A DNA stretch of 61,515 nt, the filler included, from Nemertoderma westbladi (lineage: Eukaryota > Animalia > Xenacoelomorpha), in assembly GCA_032718475.1 (NCBI GenBank). It is 3 parts of 3 records of this genome, joined end to end, with 100 filler letters (N's around TTAATTAATTAA, not from the genome) between each part and the next. Parts side by side here need not be neighbours in the genome. Positions count along the whole stretch, not along the records: positions 43,369 to 61,515 come from JAUCBJ010002971.1; 2 more parts are not named here. One strand, 5' to 3'. The position numbers were made by a program, and so were the translations under genes. How positions within the stretch are numbered: position 1 is the first letter of the stretch; every line of letters begins with the position of its first letter. The notes beneath the pieces are model-generated. The model saw only the letters and a list, made by a program, of their open reading frames with translations. It was not told the DNA's origin and did no database searches. Positions 53,439-61,515 of the stretch are shown here, one piece after another.

Positions 53439-54524
53439 CGATACCGGAAACTGTCGATTTAGAGGCCAACAGGAGGTTGTAGGTGTTGGGAAGGTTTAAG
53501 TTGAAGTCGTCTAGAGACTGAGTAGTGAGGGTTGGTGAAGAGTTAGTGTCTGTTAGGGGACCATGAGCGGTGTTGTGAGACAGGGAGTCAGAGTCCGGGA
53601 GGAGATTCTGCTGAGCTGAGTGGGTGGTCGAAGCATTAGTGTCTGTACTATTTCCATATGCTACATCTATAGGGGAGAATAAATCGCCCAAGCCATCACC
53701 AACCTCGTTTAGGTCGGGTTTATATTCCAGTTCGTCTTCCGTCTTAATGCGTAGGATTACCGGAACATCTGACTGGTCTGCTGATAGAGGTTGGGTAGAA
53801 TAATAGTTTGAGTTGGTTGTGGTAACTGCGGGGGTACCGGTATAGGAGGATATGTTGATATAAGACAATAAAGTTGAACTGGCTGTATTATTACTCGATT
53901 CAGATTCAATGAGGTTTGGTTTGATGTCTATCGGACACAGTTTGGGATCCACTTGTCTTTGTTCTCCCGGTAGGTCTGTCTGGTTGAGATGTTGTAACCT
54001 CACCACAGGGTGCATAGAGGAGGGTTCGGTAGGTGGCGTGGGTTGATTCGAGTATCGAGATTGCGGATGCTTTCCTGTCGCAGGATTGTAATTGTGGTGG
54101 TACGCAGGTGTCAACGCCGATGTCGTCAATGGACACTGCGGCTGCTGCGGCATACTGGTCTCGCGGTACCCGGGAGTCGGGACAGTGGCCGGTGATTGGG
54201 TCGTGTTATCCGAGGTGGTGGCGGCGTTGTTAGGCCCAGAGGAGAGTGAACGCAGCAGCCACTCAGTAATATGAGCAGCCGTACATTTATTAACAACATA
54301 ATAGTCTAGAAAACTTAAGTTCGCGTCCAGGTATTCTTCGAGAAACGTCCGCACAAACGAACCATTTTCCGAACAGATGTTCGCGAATATAGATTTGGTA
54401 ATTAGCAGTGCATTGCCCGACTCACAAGTAAACCGTTCCATTGTCTGATTGTTGTCGCTTAAAGAGTTCAGTTTCTCCCGGTTCGAGAAGCAATGGCGAA
54501 TGGATAGGCCTAATAACTGAATAC
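53439..54524 (-). CDS. C2H2 zinc-finger gene paralog 2, large S/T/P-rich exon
   Basis: Open frame (Met at 54441; frame stays open up to a possible CTGTAG acceptor at 54525). The phase-1 GTGAGT donor splices in frame to the finger exon. IKTE and PVVRL motifs are typical of ZF linkers. Confidence 0.8.
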
Positions 54525-55798
54525 CTACAGGAATAATGATATGGGGAATTTCAAAGAATCAACAAATTTTCAAAGGTGTTATGTACGGTAGGCCTATATA
54601 GGGGCCTAGGCCTAATGTTATACCGGTCTGCCGGTAGGCCTATAAATACCAAATTTTTGATTTGGGGATGACAGGAAATATTCCCACAGGCACATGGCCA
54701 GTTCGGCAGTACGGCAGTTCCCGACCTTCAGACCTTGGCGCAAGTACCGGTAAGTCATATTCCCAATTTTGTGATGATCAACTTCTAGTACTGTAGTATT
54801 CCTACTGCATTGATACGGTCCTACGAATTACCCCAAACAGCCAAAATACCTACTGAAATACCCCAAAATAGTATAAAACTAGGGCCTACCCCAAAATAGT
54901 TTATAATTATTAATTACCCCAAAATACCCCAAAATAGTTTAGAATTACCCCAAAAAACTTTTTTGAGCCTTTGTTTTGGAAATTTGTTTAATGTTTAATG
55001 TAAATAGGGCGTGAGGAAGTAAATTACTAAGCTCGAATGTAACATTGCCATTTACAAATTTAAAGGCAGAAAGGAGCAGGTTACAGAGGCGTTTTGGGGG
55101 AACCAAACCAATAAACGAAAGTTAACATATGTTACAAGATTATGCCAGTATGCAGGTTACTTTTATTTAAAGACTGAAAGGAGCAGGTTATAGAGGCGTG
55201 TTGGGGGAACCAAAACAATAAACGAAAGTTAACACATGTTACAAGATTGCAGGTCACTTAATTGTGTCTTGGGTCTTTGTTTTGTACTCACCAACACCAA
55301 ACTGTTTCTTCCTGTAAATAAACGAAGCATTTCATCGGTTAACTTCTGAAATCAAAACACAACTGAAATAAATGTATGTTACATTCGAACTTAGTAATTT
55401 GTAGATCGAATGTAACATAGTTGGTGTAGTTATATGTTATAGGATCCAATGTAACATAATTGAGGTTACGTTCGATTCGTAAAAACTGTTACGTTCGATT
55501 CGTAAAAACTATGTTCATGATGTTACATTCGATCAGCTGATTACGTTCGGTCTGTCACCCAATTTAATTCAGTTAGGAACACTGGTCACTTTCTGGCTGA
55601 AGCTCAGCCAAAAATTGTCCACATATTTAGGCCTACAGCCAGAAAGTGTCCGTGCAGCCACTATTTGTCCTTCACAGGCTGCGATTATTTTTCCGGACAT
55701 ATTTTGGCTGTAACTCCAATAGTACTCAACAGCTCAAAGCAGAAGCTGGGCACATTTTTATTTTTAATATTATGATAGCCTATCAGCCTAGTTCTGTA

Positions 55799-57595
55799 GG
55801 GTAAGACAGACCTACCCCTATTCCGGATCCGGACATTGCAAATTCCGGACAACCGACTCACCTCACAGACTCAAATTCCGTTCAAACCACTTATTAAATA
55901 CAAATTATACCACGAAAATTAAGAATTCTGCGGTTTTTCTGTAATCTGTCTGTCTGTCTGTATTGCATTGCGTTACTTTGATTACTGAATTGAGTAGTAG
56001 ATTAGGCCTAAATGTGTAAAGGGCCCTCAGAATAGGATAGTCAGTTACATAAGGCTTGTAAGGCCTGACTTTTGCTATACAGCTATTGCTATGCTATACA
56101 CACCATGTCCCGTAATATAGTGTAATATTGCACAGGCTAGCAGGCTGACAGTGACCCCCCCCCCCCCCCCCCCCCCCCCCTCCAGATTTTTCTACACATC
56201 TTTCTTTATTATATTGCTTGAAATTTGAAACACCACTAATGACTAGTTCCATTCACCCTCGATGACCCCATGAAGCCGGAATTTTCGATTTTGTCTTTAA
56301 ATTTTTTTTATAAGCGTTTTAAAAAAGTGTCTTTTGCGAAATCGCACCCTCTGTATCGTGGACATTCTTCACATTAGTCAGTCGTAATCTCAATATCATT
56401 AGAAAGCATGCATTGCAAGGATTCGAAATATGTAACAATATCTAAATTTCGTTGAGAAACAACTGAGATATATGAGTTCAACTTCAAAGATTGCAAGAAT
56501 TATCGTTCGCTGGAGGCCATTTATTCAATGTAATAAATACACAATGTTCTGGAACATTTTGTTTAAGAATAACTAGGCCTAACACATTCTAGAATTTAAT
56601 AATTAGGCTACATGTATAAAAGTAAAAGTAAATTTGGTTGTATCTTGTTTATTTTTAATTTGTTTAGTTTAATTTAGTTGAGAAATAGGATGAATCTGAG
56701 TCTCTGAGATTTATATATATAACTGTATAATATATTGAATTATTATCAACTCATCGTCATCATACGCAATTCATCAGTCCCCTGCCTGCTAGAAATTTGT
56801 ACCTTAAGTACAATTTTATTGGTGAATGTGAGACAAGAAGGGAACCCAAAGTCTTTTCTCTCTTGGCTCTTAAGGCAGGGAAGGGAGGGTGACTCTCCGC
56901 TCTACTGCTCTAATGGTTTTGTGTACTGAATAATATTCTAAACAGAATGAGTCCTGGACTTCTGTGATCTGGCGTTTTACAGTGATTGAAAGTTATAGGC
57001 CTACCAGTATACTGCATAGAAATGGATAGACAGAAAAACGAACAGAAAGACAGACAAACGAACAGACAGACAAATGACAGGTTGGTTTACAAATTATTGA
57101 CATTAACGAAGTGTGTTTGATTAGAAATTCAAAACAAAAAAAGTTGTGCAAATTGGAAAATTGTATAAATTCGGACTTTCATGAACTAGTGTTTTTAAGT
57201 GGTGGAAAGACAGACAAACAGACAGGTAGACAACTGAACAGACCCCCACCCCACCCCTTGACAACATGGCAGTACATGTATTCGGGTCTTAGGCACCTTT
57301 CTATAACTGTATAATGTACACTATGGATTTTTATAGCAAATAGACATAGGCAGAGACAAATTTATACTCTGTCCGGAAATTGGACACCTGCCCAAATACC
57401 GGACAACCCAATCTCCAACCAAAAAGTGCCTATTTGTGCCTATTAGATGGCGCTGGGCACTCAATGTTAAGATTTTATATTGATGTACGATAATGTCCTG
57501 TACTGTTAGAATCATCTTTTGATTGGAGGGAACTAATGGTTGAGCTACAATAAAGGAAAATTCGGAATTCTGTCCGGAATTGGGGTATCTTACCC
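55799..57595. mobile_element. Non-autonomous TIR DNA element (TA-flanked)
   Basis: ta-GGGTAAGA..ACCCC.ATTCCGGA ... TCCGGAATTGGGGTATCTTACCC-ta. Confidence 0.65.
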
Positions 57596-57916
57596 TAGTT
57601 ATCCCAACGATGAGATTCTAATTCTCAAATTAATTTATACAGAATTTTATGGCGATTCTAATGGCATAATTTTTAGAATGCCAATGTTAAAATTTCACTG
57701 CCGGTTTTCAAATGAAATTTAGCATTGTTTTCTATGGAGAAATTTCAGTTAGGTAAAATGGCCAAATCTGGCAATGATTGTGATTGCCATATTTGGCAAC
57801 CAAGCAAAATCTGGCAACATTTCTGATTGCCTGATTTGGCAACTATATAAACCCGTTGTTGCCATATTTGGCAACTTAACTAACTCATTGAATATGGCTT
57901 ATATGGTTCTGCATCA

Positions 57917-59112
57917 TTAACCCTATTAGTACCGGGCTATAAAATGTTGTACAAATACCGGGGGGGGGGGGGGGGTCATATTGACCCCCCCCCCCCCCCC
58001 CCCTCTAAAATCTACAAATATTTACGAAAACGTCTGATTTTTTGTTTGTACGTAGGTATCACTTGTCTGGATCCGACCGAAAAAAAAAATTTAAACAAAA
58101 TGTACTGGGGTGGTTATATTGCAGCACCAAAATTACAAGTAGCGTGCACAATTTTCACAAAATTTGAAAGTTACATTTTCGGCTAATTATTTTTCAATAC
58201 AGGTTTTTTGGGGTGCAAAATACATTGGAAAATATTTAAAAATGATATGATTACTATAAATGGCTGTTTAGTCCTCTCTGCGTAGGAAAAAAATGAAAAT
58301 AACAAGTAACCAGCACTTTTCAGTTATAACACAACATTTTTAATTCACTTATACGATGCTATAATTTCACATTTTCAGGTTTTCGAGGGCGCTGATTTTA
58401 ATGGAATACATTTCTAATATGCCAGATCATTGCTACTTGTATTTTTTGGCGTAATTTGGCAAATTTTGGTGCTAACACCAAATTTCGTACTCATCACCAA
58501 AAAGTACAAGTTTGCGATGTCCAGTGCTGTTTTTATTGATTCCATCGGATTCAGGACCCTCATAAACCCGTATAACGCAAGAAACAAGGTGATACTATCT
58601 ACTTATCAATTTGCATATTTTTCAAAATTTGGTGCTGGCACAACAATTTTCACCCACCGGCGAAAAATACAAGTTTGAGAACTCTTATGAAATTTTTACT
58701 GATTCCATTGAATTCAGAACCATCACAAACCCGTATAACGCAAGAAACAAGGTGACACAATCAATTGATATATTTTATGTTTTTCAAAATTTGGTGCTAG
58801 CACCACATTTTGCACCCACATCCGAAAAATACAAGTTTCAGATGTCTAGTTTGATAATTATATTTTCCATTTAATTCAGAACAGCCATAAACCTCTAAAA
58901 CGCAAGAAATAAATTGTCACAAGCAATTTTATATATTGAATGAATTTTCAAAATTTCGTGCTAGCACCAAAATTTGCACACAGCACTGAAAAATACCAGT
59001 TTGATACGCTTGGTGCAACTCGTATATATTTCATCGAATCCAGAACCCCAAAAAACCCCAATTGCGTAAAAAACAAGTTTCAAACAATCAATTTACAAAA
59101 TTGACTCATTTC
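57917..59112. mobile_element. piggyBac-like non-autonomous element (partial; related to 33216-33625)
   Basis: ttaaCCCTATTA start and G(n)gtca.at.gaccccc palindrome shared with 33216. Internal repeats gcaccaaa / aacgcaagaaac. Confidence 0.55.
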
Positions 59113-59655
59113 AAATAAATGTGTGAGTAAGCCTACCGGCCTTATTAAATAAATGTGTGAGTAAGCCTACCAAGCCTTATTAAATAAATGTTTGAGTAAG
59201 TCTACCTACCAGCCTTATTAAATAAATGTGTGAGTAAGCCTACCAGCCTTTGTTAAATAAATGTTTGAGTAAGCCTACCAGCCTTAAAATAAATGTTCGA
59301 GTAAGCCTACCAGCCTTATTAAATAAATGTGTGAGTAAGCCTACCAACCTTATTAAATAAATGTGTGAGTAAGCCTACCAGCCTTGTTAAATAAATGTGT
59401 GAGTAAGCCTACTAGCCTTGTTAAATAAATGTGCGAGTAAGCCTACCAGCCTATGTTAAATAAATGTGCGAGTAAGCCTACCAGCCTTATTAAATAAATG
59501 TGTGAGTAAGCCTACCAGCCTTATTAAATAAATGTGTGAGTAAGCCTACCAAGCCTTATTAAATAAATGTGTGAGTAAGTCTACCAGCCTTATTAAATAA
59601 ATGTGTGAGTAAGCCTACCTAGCCTTATTAAATAAATGTGTGAGTAAGCCTACCT
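59113..59655. repeat. 34-bp minisatellite (~16 copies)
   Basis: Unit ttattaaataaatgtgtgagtaagcctaccagcc. Confidence 0.93.
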
Positions 59656-59755
59656 ATGCAAAATTGCTTCGTATTTTTATTTTAATGATGAAAGCTAAAA
59701 TATTATCGAATAAATAGATAAATAATCTCAAGTTACGCAATAATTATTGTTTTAG

Positions 59756-60391
59756 GATAATGACCAAAAAGAAGTAGATCTGGCTTCCACCCAAAGCATG
59801 TTAAACAAAAGAGGCGGAGATCCGATAGAGTCGGTTCGGGACGGGATAAAGATTCAACAAAGAGTTGATGGATCTGTTGACTTTTACCGTACCTGGAACG
59901 AATACGTTGAAGGATTTGGCGACTCGAATGCCAATTTTTGGTTGGGGTTGGAGAAGATCCACAAGCTGAGTAAAGGCGTGGTGAAGTTGAGAGTCGATCT
60001 GTGGTTCACTGGAAAGGGGCGGGAAGATCCCAATTACGAAGGGAGTAGATGGAAGGATTACAACAACGAACACAAATTCGCGGTATACGACAACTTCTCT
60101 GTCGGATCAGCTACAACTAATTATCACCTAGATATATCCGGTTACCATGGTACTGCTGGTGACTCAATGGAGTTTCACAACGGTGCACCATTCACTACCA
60201 AGGACCGCGATAATGACCGCGGTAACTCCTTCAACTGCGCCCTATATTGTACTGGTGCGTGGTGGTACAAGAGATGAGCTAGAAGTAACTTGAACGGAGA
60301 ATATGGTGCGGAGGATGGGAAAGGACCTTATTGGTATCATTTTACTGGATATAATCCGGCTTCTCGAGTTGAAATGAAGATTTGGATTTAG
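59756..60391 (+). CDS. Fibrinogen-related domain (FReD; ficolin/tachylectin-like) last exon with in-frame TGA at 60275-60277
   Basis: TTTTAG acceptor. IQQRVDGSVDFYRTWNEYVEGFG..FWLGLEKIH..FTTKDRDND..NCA..GAWWYKR*ARSNLNG..W..F..VEMKI continues in frame past the TGA to TAG at 60389-60391. Confidence 0.88.
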
Positions 60392-61515
60392 TAAAACTGT
60401 AAGTTTTATATAAAATTACTAAATAATTCCAACAGAGTTGCGTTGGAAACTAACTTTAACATATAATTATAAAATTAATTTTTATTCTACTGAGTAAAAC
60501 CAGTTACCGCGGGTAGGAAACGCAATGTGTTAAAAATTTAATATGAAACATTTAATTTTATTTCACTAAATTCCAAATGACCTCCATCACCATCTCTATG
60601 AAATATTCTGCTATATGGTTGGATTAAAGTATTTCGTATAACATTTATATATTGAAAATAAATAAACGATATGATATATTTGGGTGAAAAGTTCCTGATT
60701 AATTATACTGTAGTTCCTGAACAAATATGTTATCGTTTTTTGTGATGAGCCCCGGACCCTACCCTGTAGCAGCACGAGTTTCATTGTATAACGCGGCCCC
60801 ACCCAAACATTTAAGATAAACATATTCTGTTTCCACTAATAATATATATTATCCTTGTTGAATAAAGCCGGTAAACTGAAACATAAAGGATAGAAACACA
60901 TAAATCATTGTTGAGTAAATGCATAAAACAGACATACTAATACTGTATATACTATAATTCTAATACTTAGTTTACTTACAAACTATCCTTTGAGACCGCT
61001 TATAGTAGCGTGTGAAGACGACATAAGTCCTTACTACGATTGTTTCCCATTATATTCCCATAACGATTAACTAAACAGACCCTATAATGGGCCTTGGTAC
61101 CGGTAGGTATGTATAGGCTAAATTCATTTCCGGTAGACCATAGTCCCTATCTCTACTACATATATGTAGGCCTATCTATAATCGGTCATCGCCTGGTCCC
61201 TAAATAAATTTCTTACTTTAAATTAATAAAGTACCATTGAGCCACACGTCAATGGTTGAGTCTGTAGGCAGTAGGACTGACAAACCTAAGTATAGTTAGC
61301 AATATGGGCAGAACGGTACACCACTCCAACCATCTGATGGTGACAAAGGTCAGAATGAGTGATCGTGGTATCGTAATACAGTCTGATCCCTTTGGGTACC
61401 GTGTGAAGACGACATATACAACATACACGAACCCCAAGCAGTATATGTTTCATTTATGAAATAACGTACTGTATATGAGGGGCTCTATATTTCCAAAACA
61501 CTCCCCACTCGGCAC

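Noticed and set aside
60392-60900. SECIS element for the FReD TGA
   Set aside because: The ATGA...AA...GA candidates lack proper helix II geometry by eye.

Overview
This is AT-rich, repeat-laden animal (invertebrate-type) genomic DNA with spliceosomal introns. It consists of three pieces joined by N-TTAATTAATTAA-N spacers (24296-24395, 43269-43368), so adjacency across the spacers is unproven. Host genes, all partial: an alkaline phosphatase (two minus-strand exons), the last exon of GID4, a DJ-1/PfpI (Hsp31-like) gene whose two exons lie 15 kb apart, a duplicated C2H2 zinc-finger gene, and a fibrinogen-domain exon with an in-frame TGA at a conserved Cys. Most of the rest is LINEs, MITEs, Helentron-like elements, a Tc1 fragment and minisatellites. 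Highlights: (1) a decayed LTR retroelement (25747-31085, minus strand) whose env-position ORF encodes a WRN/EXD-type DEDDy 3'-5' exonuclease fused to a triple zinc-knuckle domain, with hammerhead-like hairpins in its LTR and a distant relative of the knuckle domain at 49.3 kb; (2) a roughly 8-kb intronic satellite of about 180 copies of the phosphatase gene's own exon-1/5' splice-site junction; (3) a minimal hammerhead ribozyme at 1694-1739; (4) a tRNA-derived SINE whose body expanded into a 63-bp minisatellite. All family calls come from motif recognition by eye; no searches were run.
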